DNA of 64,000 bases from positions 13,924 through 77,923 of IMG/VR virus record IMGVR_UViG_3300025645_000053. One strand, given 5' to 3'. This document shows positions 39,554 to 49,352 of this stretch, one piece after another. Numbering within the stretch: the stretch's first letter is position 1; every line of letters begins with the position of its first letter. The notes beneath the pieces are model-generated. The model searched no databases, had not been told where the DNA came from, and saw only the letters and a list, made by a program, of their open reading frames with translations. Origin of the DNA: a virus. The position numbers and the translations under genes are program-made.

Positions 39554-39844
39554 TTGAAGACTCTAGGAACGATCGAAGATAAGCTAGATCGGCTAAATGA
39601 GATATTAAGTTCAATCACGTCATCAAACAAAATAATTGGAGCTGACTTACACATAATACGCCAAGAAATTAAAAATTTCAAAGTTGAGATTGAATTCATT
39701 AAAGCTAATATTAAAAAACTTGACAACAGTAACCAAACCAAAGTAAATAATAAGACTTCGGTTTTGGGCGGTTTAAAAGTAATAGGTATCGCAAGTATAG
39801 GTTTTGCAATATCGTTAATCGGATTTTTTTTTACAGGTGTATAA
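39554..39844 (+). CDS. coiled-coil protein with C-terminal TM helix
   Basis: GGAG RBS, TTG start. Confidence 0.55.
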   Translation: MKTLGTIEDKLDRLNEILSSITSSNKIIGADLHIIRQEIKNFKVEIEFIKANIKKLDNSNQTKVNNKTSVLGGLKVIGIASIGFAISLIGFFFTGV

Positions 39845-39857
39845 GGGGCAGTAGTAT

Positions 39858-40187
39858 ATGAACGCTAATGGGAGCAGTGATCACGAAGCAAGACTAGATA
39901 GAATAGAAAACAAAATTGACCGCTTAAGTGAGGCTATGATAGACTTAGCTCGAGCCGAAGAAAAGCTTGTCAATTTTGAAAGATTCAACCAACAGTTATT
40001 AGAAAGAGTTAACAACACATTTATGCAAATTAACGAAAGAATGCATGAACTTGAAATGAAGATAGAAACCGCACATGACGAAACAAAAAAGAACACTGCA
40101 ACGGTACAAATAATTAACCGAGCAGCAATAATCGTCGGTGGTGCAGTTGCTGCAGTATTAGGTAAGCTATTTATTACAGGAATTTGA
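39858..40187 (+). CDS. coiled-coil protein with C-terminal TM helix
   Basis: RLDRIENKIDRLSEAM..LARAEEK. Confidence 0.7.
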   Translation: MNANGSSDHEARLDRIENKIDRLSEAMIDLARAEEKLVNFERFNQQLLERVNNTFMQINERMHELEMKIETAHDETKKNTATVQIINRAAIIVGGAVAAVLGKLFITGI

Positions 40188-40188
40188 T

Positions 40189-40383
40189 ATGAAAAAAGCT
40201 AATTGGTTGAAAAACAGTATAGCAACGCCAAATGGTTTTTATTCCAAGTCTGGCGAAAAGCTAAAAGGAAAGAACCTAACTCAGGCCGAGTGTGATGCGT
40301 GGAATGGAGTTAAGAATATAAAAGAAGCGGGTGCCAATAAAGACGGCATCATGACAAAAATAAAGATGATGTTCAAACGTTAG
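40189..40383 (+). CDS. hypothetical protein
   Basis: Tightly packed in the operon. Confidence 0.6.
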   Translation: MKKANWLKNSIATPNGFYSKSGEKLKGKNLTQAECDAWNGVKNIKEAGANKDGIMTKIKMMFKR

Positions 40384-40384
40384 T

Positions 40385-40753
40385 ATGGGAATGTTTGATT
40401 TACTAAATGATAGTACGTTTAGGCTATATGCGGCACGCGTGTACAAAAACTCGAATAATACAACAGTTCAAGAATTTGACGAAGACTTAAACCGTATCAA
40501 ATATTTGGGAAGATTATTCAAGCGGTACCACTTACACGATGATCTTCAAGAACGATTGATATTAAATCATATTATAGTTCTGTTTAACGTATTTGATATA
40601 GAAGGTGCTCTCAAATTAGTATTCTTCAAAACCGAACGTGATCATTGGCCGTATCTTAAAACATTTCTAATATACGCAAATTTTTTATCAGACAATGCAT
40701 TGGTCGAGGTACCTTTAGACCAAGAAATAATAAGCAGATTGAGGGCAATATAA
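40385..40753 (+). CDS. conserved T4-like hypothetical protein
   Basis: EFDEDLNRIKY, ERLILNHII. Confidence 0.75.
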   Translation: MGMFDLLNDSTFRLYAARVYKNSNNTTVQEFDEDLNRIKYLGRLFKRYHLHDDLQERLILNHIIVLFNVFDIEGALKLVFFKTERDHWPYLKTFLIYANFLSDNALVEVPLDQEIISRLRAI

Positions 40754-40754
40754 C

Positions 40755-41324
40755 ATGGGTTTAATAGCAAGTGCGGCAGGCACGTTTTATACTTACAAGT
40801 TTTTACGAATACTTACTCAGGATTGGAAAGATACACCGGCATTTAGAAACGGTATTGTAGATGCTAAGGGTAAAGTTTTAAGAAAGGCATCTACTTTGAA
40901 TAGTAACGAAAAGGATGAGTACACTCCGTTCCATCGTTTAGTATTTAATATCAAAAGACTAATTGAAAAACTTCCGATCAATAATAAATTGACTTCTTAT
41001 GCGGCTGCGTTGTATTTGCTTAAAGAGAACTACGATATTGATATGGAAACAATATTAGAAGAACTTGAAGCCGAGCAAGACTTGACTGAAAGCGCATGGT
41101 TTATTGGTGAAGATAATCATTTATCACCGGGGTTATATAAACTAAAAGAAAACATTCACGATCAGATTTCTGATACGTTTTTTAACAAAGGTTCTTCGGT
41201 TATTGTTAATGAAAATAACCACAAAGGCAATGTAATGAATGTCGGTATATATAATGTACAACATAAATTATCGTCAATCAATTTGACCGTTACTGCAAAC
41301 CAATTAGAGAAGGGAAAGCTATGA
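40755..41324 (+). CDS. conserved T4-like hypothetical protein
   Basis: YTPFHRLVFNIKRL, SYAAALYLLKE. Confidence 0.75.
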   Translation: MGLIASAAGTFYTYKFLRILTQDWKDTPAFRNGIVDAKGKVLRKASTLNSNEKDEYTPFHRLVFNIKRLIEKLPINNKLTSYAAALYLLKENYDIDMETILEELEAEQDLTESAWFIGEDNHLSPGLYKLKENIHDQISDTFFNKGSSVIVNENNHKGNVMNVGIYNVQHKLSSINLTVTANQLEKGKL

Positions 41325-41500
41325 GAAGCTTATCAAAAGTAGAAGAAGTCGCAGCAAATTCGGTATCTGGCGGTGGAGTTGATATGAACCCTACTGGCAA
41401 CTACGATAACGATATAATGCACAAACGCAATCAAGGTTCTGAGTCATTAAAGAAATGGCTTGAAGCGTGCAGTAAGTCTAAAAAGAAATCGGGATTATAA
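41321..41500 (+). CDS. small hypothetical protein (59 aa, not in ORF track)
   Basis: EEVAANSVSGGGVDMNPTG; ATGA coupling. Confidence 0.55.
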   Translation: MRSLSKVEEVAANSVSGGGVDMNPTGNYDNDIMHKRNQGSESLKKWLEACSKSKKKSGL

Positions 41501-41503
41501 ATT

Positions 41504-41962
41504 ATGTTAACTATCATAGGTTCTTTAATCGGCTTTGCCGGTTCAACAATTCCATCTATAATGGATTTCTTCAATAAGAAGCAAGATGCAAAATTAGAAC
41601 TTGATATGCTAGCAATGAAAATTGAAATGCAAAAACATGCAGGTGCTTCTGAACTTAAGATGTTTGAAAAGACTCAGTATTCTGAAGAACATCAACGATT
41701 AATTGATCATGACATTGCGTTAACAAAAGATGTTGGTTGGGTAGGTGCATTACGCAAATCTGTTCGACCTATTATAACGTATTGCTTCTTCGGGCTTTTT
41801 GTTACTGTTAAAGTTACCTTTCTAATACATGTTATGGAAGATCCAAATATGGATTTTAATGAAGCAATACAATTAGTATGGGATATTGAAACTCAATCAA
41901 TGTTTGCTGCTGTATTGTCATTCTGGTTTGGTTCAAGGTCATTAGACAAACTACGTAAATAA
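41504..41962 (+). CDS. putative holin (3TM family)
   Basis: SVRPIITY, FWFGSR and TM helices. Confidence 0.65.
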   Translation: MLTIIGSLIGFAGSTIPSIMDFFNKKQDAKLELDMLAMKIEMQKHAGASELKMFEKTQYSEEHQRLIDHDIALTKDVGWVGALRKSVRPIITYCFFGLFVTVKVTFLIHVMEDPNMDFNEAIQLVWDIETQSMFAAVLSFWFGSRSLDKLRK

Positions 41963-42000
41963 TTATCTGTATATCTACACTCCTCCCGATTGACTAATCT

Positions 42001-42029
42001 ATTATAACAAGATATCATCAACTTGTCAA
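42001..42029 (-). promoter_or_regulatory. minus-strand sigma70-type promoter
   Basis: Reverse complement reads TTGACA-17-TATAAT. Confidence 0.65.
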
Positions 42030-42139
42030 TAGTTAATTTCAGTTATATTCATATTCTTTTAAATTCTATAGAAACTATATACATCAACGTTATTGTTTGA
42101 TATAATAGTATCTTAAATTGATAAGGAAAAAAAAAAATT

Positions 42140-42496
42140 ATGATTGAATCGGTTTACATCACAAATAACATACACAATGCCACGATGTTTATTCAGGCAA
42201 ACCTTCCTTGGAAAAGAATTCGAGAAAACGAATTTGTATGGGTTAACGAACGTATACGCATCATTAATAACATAGATCATTTACGTGGTTGTAGAGTTGA
42301 CATTGCTTATATGGATTATCATGGATATAGTCAATTGAGATTTTATGAACGCGATGCAATTGCCGAGCGTCTTCATATGATCAATGCAAAAATCAAAGAT
42401 GCCCATAATTTTGTTGAAACAAATTATGGTAGCAAAATTCGTGGATACAGCTACGATACTATTATAATAGATGATTACGACGAAAATAGCGATTGA
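42140..42496 (+). CDS. early hypothetical protein
   Basis: Early promoter module upstream. Confidence 0.65.
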   Translation: MIESVYITNNIHNATMFIQANLPWKRIRENEFVWVNERIRIINNIDHLRGCRVDIAYMDYHGYSQLRFYERDAIAERLHMINAKIKDAHNFVETNYGSKIRGYSYDTIIIDDYDENSD

Positions 42497-42551
42497 CATT
42501 ACCTATCATTTGATATATAATAACTAAAGAATAAACATAAGGCGATAATAA

Positions 42552-44183
42552 ATGAGAGATATTTTAGTTACTAAACGCGACGGAACAAAAACTCCACTTG
42601 ACATTAACAAAATACATGATGTAGTAGAATTTGCTTGTGCAGGCTTGACCGGTGTTGCACCATCTGAAGTCGAAGTAAAAAGTCATATCCAATTCTCAAA
42701 TGGTATTACTACTAGTGATATTCAAGAAACTCTAATCAAATCAGCGTCAGAACTAATCAGCGAAGAATCACCTAACTACCAGTACGTTGCAGGACGTTTA
42801 ATTAATTTCCATTTACGGAAACTAGTCTACGGCCAATTCGATCCTCTAGACCTCATTGAGCATTATAAAAACAACGTTCTGTTAGGTTGGTACGATAAGA
42901 ATCTTTATAACCAATATTCAAAAAATGATTGGGAATTTCTTAATTCAGTTATAAACCATAGTTTGGATTTCAACTTAACATATGCTGCTATGGAACAGTT
43001 TAGAGGCAAATATCTTGTACAGAATAGGGTAACGAAGGAAATATTTGAGACACCTCAGATGCTTTATATGCTCGTATCAATGACATTGTTTGCTGATTAT
43101 CCAGTAGAAACAAGAATATCGTATGTTAAGAAATATTATAACCATATATCGAAAGGCAATATCTCATTACCTACTCCGATACTTGCAGGTGTAAGAACTC
43201 CTGATAGACAATTTAGCTCATGTGTATTGATTGAAACTGAAGATAGTCTTAACTCAATTAGCGCAACCAATGCTGCTATTATTCGATATGTTAGTCAGAA
43301 AGCAGGTATCGGTATTGGCGGTGGTTCAATTAGAGCAACTGGTTCTCCTATTCGTAATGGCCAAGCATCACATACCGGTGTTATTCCTTTTTATAGAACA
43401 TTTCAGAGTTCAGTAAAGTCATGTTCACAAGGCGGAGTTCGTGGCGGTGCTGCTACTTTATATTATCCGGTATGGCATCTTGAAATTGAAGATCTTTTAG
43501 TATTAAAGAACAATAAAGGCGTTGAGTCAAATCGTTTACGTCAAATGGATTATGGCGTACAGTTTAACAAATTAATGTATGAACGTTTAATAACTAATGG
43601 TAACATTACATTGTTTAGCCCAAGCGATGTTCCTGGGTTATATGATGCATTCTTTGCCGATCAGGATAAGTTCAAAGAAATATACGAAAAGGCTGAACGT
43701 ACTACTCATATACGAAAGATAACTGTTAAAGCACTTGACTTGTTTACTACCTATATTCAAGAACGTAAAGATACTGGTAGAATTTATCTACAGAATGTTG
43801 ATAACGTAAATATACAAGGGTCGTTTAAACCTGAAGATGCACCAATCAAAATGTCTAATCTTTGCGTAACTGGCGACACTGAACTTGACATTATTGTAGA
43901 TGGCATTTCCATGTTTAACGTGCCAATCATTGATGTTATAGGTTATGCTTGTAGAGCACGTGAAGTGAAGGTTAGTGCATATGATATTGAAACTAATACG
44001 TTTAAGTATAGCAAAGTCTCAAAAGGTGCGATGACTGGTCGGGACCGAGAGTTAATGGAAATCGAAGATGACACAACAGGCAAAAAGGTAATATGCACGC
44101 CTGAACATCAAATATACACTAAGAACCGTGGATATGTTGAGGCTAGAAATTTAGTTGAAACTGATGAACTTTTTATAGGATAA
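42552..44183 (+). CDS. nrdA: ribonucleotide reductase alpha, N-part plus split intein N-half
   Basis: ATP cone, FSSCVL, QGGVRGG, KMSNL|CVTGDT...CTPEH. Confidence 0.95.
   Translation: MRDILVTKRDGTKTPLDINKIHDVVEFACAGLTGVAPSEVEVKSHIQFSNGITTSDIQETLIKSASELISEESPNYQYVAGRLINFHLRKLVYGQFDPLDLIEHYKNNVLLGWYDKNLYNQYSKNDWEFLNSVINHSLDFNLTYAAMEQFRGKYLVQNRVTKEIFETPQMLYMLVSMTLFADYPVETRISYVKKYYNHISKGNISLPTPILAGVRTPDRQFSSCVLIETEDSLNSISATNAAIIRYVSQKAGIGIGGGSIRATGSPIRNGQASHTGVIPFYRTFQSSVKSCSQGGVRGGAATLYYPVWHLEIEDLLVLKNNKGVESNRLRQMDYGVQFNKLMYERLITNGNITLFSPSDVPGLYDAFFADQDKFKEIYEKAERTTHIRKITVKALDLFTTYIQERKDTGRIYLQNVDNVNIQGSFKPEDAPIKMSNLCVTGDTELDIIVDGISMFNVPIIDVIGYACRAREVKVSAYDIETNTFKYSKVSKGAMTGRDRELMEIEDDTTGKKVICTPEHQIYTKNRGYVEARNLVETDELFIG
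43863..44180 (+). mobile_element. split intein N-fragment (106 aa)
   Basis: Block A CVTGDT; block B CTPEHQIYTKNRGYVEA. Confidence 0.92.
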
Positions 44184-44263
44184 ATTGCTAAAAAGGTAGG
44201 TAGAGAGATTTCAGTTTGTATAAATAAACTATAGAAATAACTCTACCTACCAATGAGGCAATC

Positions 44264-44983
44264 ATGTTTATAGTTTACGAGCATAAGAACACTTTAAATA
44301 ATAAAAAATATATCGGATACACGTCAAAGACAATGAACGAAAGATTACACAAACATTACATTAACGCGATTTCAGGAATGGATAATCATTTCTATAAAGC
44401 GATACGTAAATATGGTTTGGAAGTCTTTGAGTCGAAAATATTAGAAACTGTTGCAACACAACTTGAAGCAACTAATTTAGAAGTTAAACATATCGAACTT
44501 AACAATAGTTTTAAGGAAGGTTATAACATGACAAAAGGTGGGGACGGTGGTTATGTTGTTCCAGCCGAAAAACGTGATGATTGGATCAAAAAACTAACAG
44601 CATCCTCGACCAAAGAAAACAATGGTATGTGGAGTGGAATATCAGATGAAACCATATTATCATATGCTAGAGAGTTCTTTTTAAGCGAGGGTCATTCTAG
44701 TGGAATGCAATCGTTTATTAATTATGGCGTAAAGAAATATTCCATACCAAAATCATATTCAAAAAATAGGTTCGGCGGCAAGACATTAAAACAGGCATAT
44801 TGTGAAAAGTACAATGTTAACCCAACTGAACTAAAATATGTCAAATCTGCTGCTCACCGCGAAAAATTAAAAAACGCGAATATTGGTAAAAACTGGTATT
44901 CAAATGACAATTTAAAAACATCATACCAAGCGAACTCACTCCCGGGAAACGATTGGTATAAAGGAAGAAATTATGGGTATTAA
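44264..44983 (+). mobile_element. GIY-YIG homing endonuclease between the intein halves
   Basis: IVY...KYIGYT, RLHKH, GYNMTKGGDG; TATAAATA at 44219. Confidence 0.92.
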
Positions 44984-46064
44984 AATAAGAACACTTGATT
45001 ACACTGAAAACGTGTATGACATTACCGTTCCTGAAACTAGTAACTTTTTTGCTAATGGTATACTAATACACAATTGCGCAGAAATTGATTTGCCGACAAA
45101 ACCTCTTGATGATATTAATGATGAATCCGGTGAAATAGCATTGTGTACGTTATCAGCAATTAATTGGGGTAACATTAGTGATCCTTCTGAGTTCGAAGAG
45201 ATATGTGACTTGTCAGTTCGGGCTTTAGATTCATTACTTGATTATCAAGATTATCCAGTTAAAGCAGCATACATTGCAACTATGGGTCGTCGTCCACTTG
45301 GTGTTGGTATTAATAACTTAGCGTATTGGCTTGCTAAAAACGGTTATACTTATCAAGGCATTACTGAAGAAGGATTGTCACATTTACATGAATGGCTTGA
45401 AGCATGGTCTTACTATTTGATTAAATCTTCTATCAATCTTGCTAAAGAAAAAGGGGCGTGTGAATGGTCACGTGAAACTAAGTATTCACAAGGTTTATTT
45501 CCAATTGACACTTATAAGAAAGATGTTGATTCATTAGTTGGTAATAACTTAAAAATGGATTGGGCTGCATTACGTAATGAAGTTAATGAACATGGGATTC
45601 GTAATAGTACTCTTATGGCTATCATGCCTTCTGAAACTTCATCTCAAGTAATTAACTCGACGAACGGTATTGAAGCGCCAAGAGCCTTAGTTTCAATCAA
45701 ACAATCAAAAGATGGTATATTGGCACAAGTTGTTCCTGAGATCCGTAAGTTAAAGAATAAATACGATTTATTATGGGATCAGAAATCACCTGAAGGTTAT
45801 TTAAAAATATGTGCGGTCATTCAGAAGTTTGTTGACCAAGGCATAAGTGTTAATACATCGTATAACCCTAAGCACTACGAAGATGGCAAAATGCCTTTAA
45901 AAACTCTGATTCGTGACTTATTAACTTTTTATAAATATGGAGGCAAACAGCTATATTATTTTAATACTTATGATGGTGCTGGCGAATTAACATACGAAGA
46001 AGCCAATGATAATCCTGTCAGTGAAGAATTGGATGAAGATGATTGCCCGAGTTGCAAATTGTGA
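44973..46064 (+). CDS. nrdA: split intein C-half (34 aa) plus ribonucleotide reductase alpha C-part
   Basis: VYDITV..NFFANGILIHN|CAEI; RRPLGVG, MPSETSS, KQLYY, CPSCKL. Confidence 0.95.
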   Translation: MGIKIRTLDYTENVYDITVPETSNFFANGILIHNCAEIDLPTKPLDDINDESGEIALCTLSAINWGNISDPSEFEEICDLSVRALDSLLDYQDYPVKAAYIATMGRRPLGVGINNLAYWLAKNGYTYQGITEEGLSHLHEWLEAWSYYLIKSSINLAKEKGACEWSRETKYSQGLFPIDTYKKDVDSLVGNNLKMDWAALRNEVNEHGIRNSTLMAIMPSETSSQVINSTNGIEAPRALVSIKQSKDGILAQVVPEIRKLKNKYDLLWDQKSPEGYLKICAVIQKFVDQGISVNTSYNPKHYEDGKMPLKTLIRDLLTFYKYGGKQLYYFNTYDGAGELTYEEANDNPVSEELDEDDCPSCKL

Positions 46065-46510
46065 AAAAAGCAATGTACGTATCAAGAAAGGTATTAAACA
46101 GCGAAGATATTATAGCTTGGGCGGAGGCCCAGGCGTTTCCGCAAATAGTATCAGCAAAAGACATGCATGTCACTTTAGCATTTTCAAGAGAACCGGTTGA
46201 TTTCAATGAAGTCGTTAATAGAAACGACAAGATAACAATCAATGGCGGAGAACGTGAAGTAAAACATTTAGGCCCAGACGCCGCAGTTATAAAATTCTCA
46301 TCAAAAGTATTATCTAAAAGATGGAAAGAGTTATGTAATATAGGTTGTTCGTGGGACTATGATGGTTACCAACCGCATATAACAATCACGTACGATGGTT
46401 CAAAAATAAATGTTAAAGACATGACTCCATACAAAGGCCCAATTATTTTGGGTCCAGAAATAGTTTCCGAATTAGATGCGGAATGGATAGATAAGGTAAA
46501 AGAAAAATAA
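46061..46510 (+). CDS. acb1: 2H phosphoesterase, anti-CBASS Acb1 (T4 57B)-like
   Basis: YV, HVTLAFSR, DYDGYQPHITITY and C-terminal LDAEW match the Acb1 layout. Confidence 0.8.
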   Translation: MKKAMYVSRKVLNSEDIIAWAEAQAFPQIVSAKDMHVTLAFSREPVDFNEVVNRNDKITINGGEREVKHLGPDAAVIKFSSKVLSKRWKELCNIGCSWDYDGYQPHITITYDGSKINVKDMTPYKGPIILGPEIVSELDAEWIDKVKEK

Positions 46511-47604
46511 TGTTTAAATCTTTTGATGTAAATACAAATGATAGTATCACCAAGAATATGTTCTTTGACGAGCCGGTCGCAATTGCACGATACGATATAC
46601 AAAAGTATCGCACACTTGAGTCCTTTACAGAATCACAATTAGGATTCTTTTGGATGCCTGAAGAAATCGACGTATCGAAAGATGCTAAAGACTTTAAAGC
46701 ATTATCCAACCATGAGCAGCATATCTTTACTAGTAACTTAAAACGACAAATTGTATTAGACTCAGTTCAAGGCAGATGTCCTTCAGCAGTGTTTGGCCCT
46801 TTGGCATCTTTACCTGAATTAGAAAATTGGATAACTACTTGGGTATTCAGCGAACAAATTCATAGCCGTTCATACACACATATTATACGTAACATATATT
46901 CTAATCCGTCTGAGGTATTTGATGGTATTACTGATATAAAGGAAATCACTGATTGTGCTGAGTCAATTTCAAGGCACTATGATAATCTTGCACGCCATAA
47001 CGAACAGGCTGCGGTTGATAGTTCATTGTTTGGAACGTATGAACATAAGAAGCTATTATGGTTAGCACTACAGGCAACCAATTCTCTTGAAGGTTTACGT
47101 TTCTATGTTTCGTTTGCGTGTTCATGGGCATTTGCTGAAACCAAAAAGTCAATGGAAGGTAACGCTAAAATCATAAAGTTGATTTGTCGAGATGAGAATC
47201 TTCACCTTGCTTCAACGGTATTCATGATTAAGAGTTTGCCGCGTGAAGATGAAGACTTCGCAAAGATTCGCGATGAGTGTCATGACCAATGTGTTGAGAT
47301 ATACGAACAGACTGCAGAACAAGAAAAAGAATGGGCAAAGTACCTTTTTAAAGATGGTTCAATGGTTGGTCTTAACGAGTCAATGTTATGCGCTTATATA
47401 GAATGGTTAGCACATCGCCGAATGAAATCCGTAGGTCTAACTACTAAATACCCTGGTGGATCTGATCCTTTGCCTTGGACTAAAAAATGGATAGCAGGTG
47501 GTAATGTACAAGTTGCACCTCAAGAAACTGAAATATCTAGTTATACCACTGGCGGTATAAGTAAAGATGTTAACGAAGAAGAATTTACGGGATTTCAACT
47601 ATGA
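46510..47604 (+). CDS. nrdB: ribonucleotide reductase beta subunit
   Basis: FFWMPEE, EQIHSRSY, EGLRFYVSF, RDENLH, VAPQETE. Confidence 0.97.
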   Translation: MFKSFDVNTNDSITKNMFFDEPVAIARYDIQKYRTLESFTESQLGFFWMPEEIDVSKDAKDFKALSNHEQHIFTSNLKRQIVLDSVQGRCPSAVFGPLASLPELENWITTWVFSEQIHSRSYTHIIRNIYSNPSEVFDGITDIKEITDCAESISRHYDNLARHNEQAAVDSSLFGTYEHKKLLWLALQATNSLEGLRFYVSFACSWAFAETKKSMEGNAKIIKLICRDENLHLASTVFMIKSLPREDEDFAKIRDECHDQCVEIYEQTAEQEKEWAKYLFKDGSMVGLNESMLCAYIEWLAHRRMKSVGLTTKYPGGSDPLPWTKKWIAGGNVQVAPQETEISSYTTGGISKDVNEEEFTGFQL

Positions 47605-47834
47605 AAAAAGACAATGTAGTATGGTCAAAACCTAATTGTACTTTTTGCGTAAAAGCAAAAGATTTATTAGATCAGAACAATATTGAATATAGCGAGAATG
47701 AAATCGGCAATGGTTTTACGAAAGAACAATTACTTGAAGTTGTTCCGACTGCTCGCTCAGTGCCACAGATATTCCTTGATGGGAAACATGTCGGCGGGTT
47801 TGATAGTCTCGAATCAATTTTAAAAGGGGAATAA
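47601..47834 (+). CDS. nrdC: glutaredoxin
   Basis: CTFC, SVPQIF, GGF. Confidence 0.93.
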   Translation: MKKDNVVWSKPNCTFCVKAKDLLDQNNIEYSENEIGNGFTKEQLLEVVPTARSVPQIFLDGKHVGGFDSLESILKGE

Positions 47835-47835
47835 G

Positions 47836-47970
47836 ATGACACAACATGAATGTAGTAATTGTGCGGCAAGTTTCACACTTGAAGCAACGGATCAGGAAAC
47901 AGCTGAGTTAAATATATCGTACTGCCCATATTGTGGTACTGAAATAATTGAGGAACTTGACTTCTCTTAA
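47836..47970 (+). CDS. small zinc-ribbon protein (44 aa, not in ORF track)
   Basis: CSNC...CPYCG. Confidence 0.7.
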   Translation: MTQHECSNCAASFTLEATDQETAELNISYCPYCGTEIIEELDFS

Positions 47971-48006
47971 TAAATATTCCATTAGAACTCAATAATGGAA
48001 TAGAAT

Positions 48007-48441
48007 ATGTGGTATTATAAAGGCGAGGAGTTTACGAGCGAAGACATTGGTGATTACATTGGCATGGTATATTGCATAACTGATTTATCAAACGGTATGA
48101 AATATATTGGAAAGAAAGGCTTGATGTCAGTTCGTAGGCTACCTCCTTTAAAAGGGCAAAAGCGTAAACGTAAAAAGATCGTAGAGACTGATTGGAAAAA
48201 GTATTATGGTTCGTCAGAGCAAGTTAAGCTGTTAGTTGAAGAAAAAGGTCCAGAGAACTTTAAAAGAGAAATTCTATATCTCTGTACAATGAAAGGTGAA
48301 ATGACTTACCTAGAAGCTAAGGAGCAATTTGCCCGTGATGTATTACTAAAGCCTGACGAGTACTACAATAAATTTATAGGAACACGCATACACGCAAAAC
48401 ATGTTGCAATATTAATGAATAAAGTTGTTGACATCAACTAA
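48007..48441 (+). CDS. GIY-YIG family nuclease
   Basis: GMVY..KYIGKK, YYGSS, FKREIL, YYN; RBS lies in a hairpin. Confidence 0.8.
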   Translation: MWYYKGEEFTSEDIGDYIGMVYCITDLSNGMKYIGKKGLMSVRRLPPLKGQKRKRKKIVETDWKKYYGSSEQVKLLVEEKGPENFKREILYLCTMKGEMTYLEAKEQFARDVLLKPDEYYNKFIGTRIHAKHVAILMNKVVDIN

Positions 48442-48491
48442 TAAATGTTATATAATAGTTCTATAAATTAATAATGAGATAAGGAACGAGA

Positions 48492-49352
48492 ATGATAATA
48501 GTTGATTTTAACGGTTTGGTAATTCCGGCGCTAACTGCGCAAAAAGGTGCTGACCTTGGTGATGAAGATTTTGTTCGTCATGTCATATTAAACTCTTTAC
48601 GCATGTACAATAAAAAGTATCGAGAAAAGTACGGCCAAATGGTTATTGCTTGTGATGCAGGCGACGTATGGCGTAAAGATTACTTCCCCGAATACAAATG
48701 GTCACGTAAAGCTAATCGTGATAAAGATAGTAAAATAGATTGGAAAGCGGTATTTGGTATTGTCACTAAGATACGCGAAGAAATCGTTGCTAACTTTCAT
48801 TATAAAGTTGTATTGGTTCCTCGTACTGAAGCAGATGATATCATTGGCGTATTAGTTGAAACCACTCAAGAGTTTGGTAATTGCGAAGAAGTTATGATCG
48901 TATCATCTGATAAGGATTTTGCTCAACTTCAAAAGTATTCTAATGTACATCAGTTTTCACCGATTACTAAAAAGGTAATTAAAGAGCCTCATCCTAAAAC
49001 GTTTTTGTTTGAGCATTGCTTTAAAGGTGATAGTTCAGATGGTGTACCAAACATATTATCAGCTGATGATTGCTTTAAAGAAGGCGTTCGACAAACAGCT
49101 TTGTCTGCAAAGCGTAAAGCTGTGTTCCATGCAAATATAGATAAACTGGAATCGGTTATGACTGAAAGCGAATATAAAAACTTCATTCGTAATAAAAAGA
49201 TGATTGACTTGGGTGACTTACCTGAAGAAATTGTTGAGTCGATTCTAAACGTATACGCAAATGTTAAGACTTCATCAAAATTAAAAATAATGAATTATCT
49301 TATTAAAAACCGTTGCCGCAATTTACTTGAATGTGTAGGAGATTTCCACTAA
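48492..49352 (+). CDS. rnh: RNase H / 5'-3' exonuclease
   Basis: IVDFN, EADD, SSDKDFAQL, GDSSDGVPN. Confidence 0.95.
   Translation: MIIVDFNGLVIPALTAQKGADLGDEDFVRHVILNSLRMYNKKYREKYGQMVIACDAGDVWRKDYFPEYKWSRKANRDKDSKIDWKAVFGIVTKIREEIVANFHYKVVLVPRTEADDIIGVLVETTQEFGNCEEVMIVSSDKDFAQLQKYSNVHQFSPITKKVIKEPHPKTFLFEHCFKGDSSDGVPNILSADDCFKEGVRQTALSAKRKAVFHANIDKLESVMTESEYKNFIRNKKMIDLGDLPEEIVESILNVYANVKTSSKLKIMNYLIKNRCRNLLECVGDFH

Noticed and set aside
48007-48441. Mobile homing endonuclease
   Set aside because: Short catalytic-domain-only GIY-YIG with no DNA-binding repeats and no disrupted neighbour, so more likely a resident gene.
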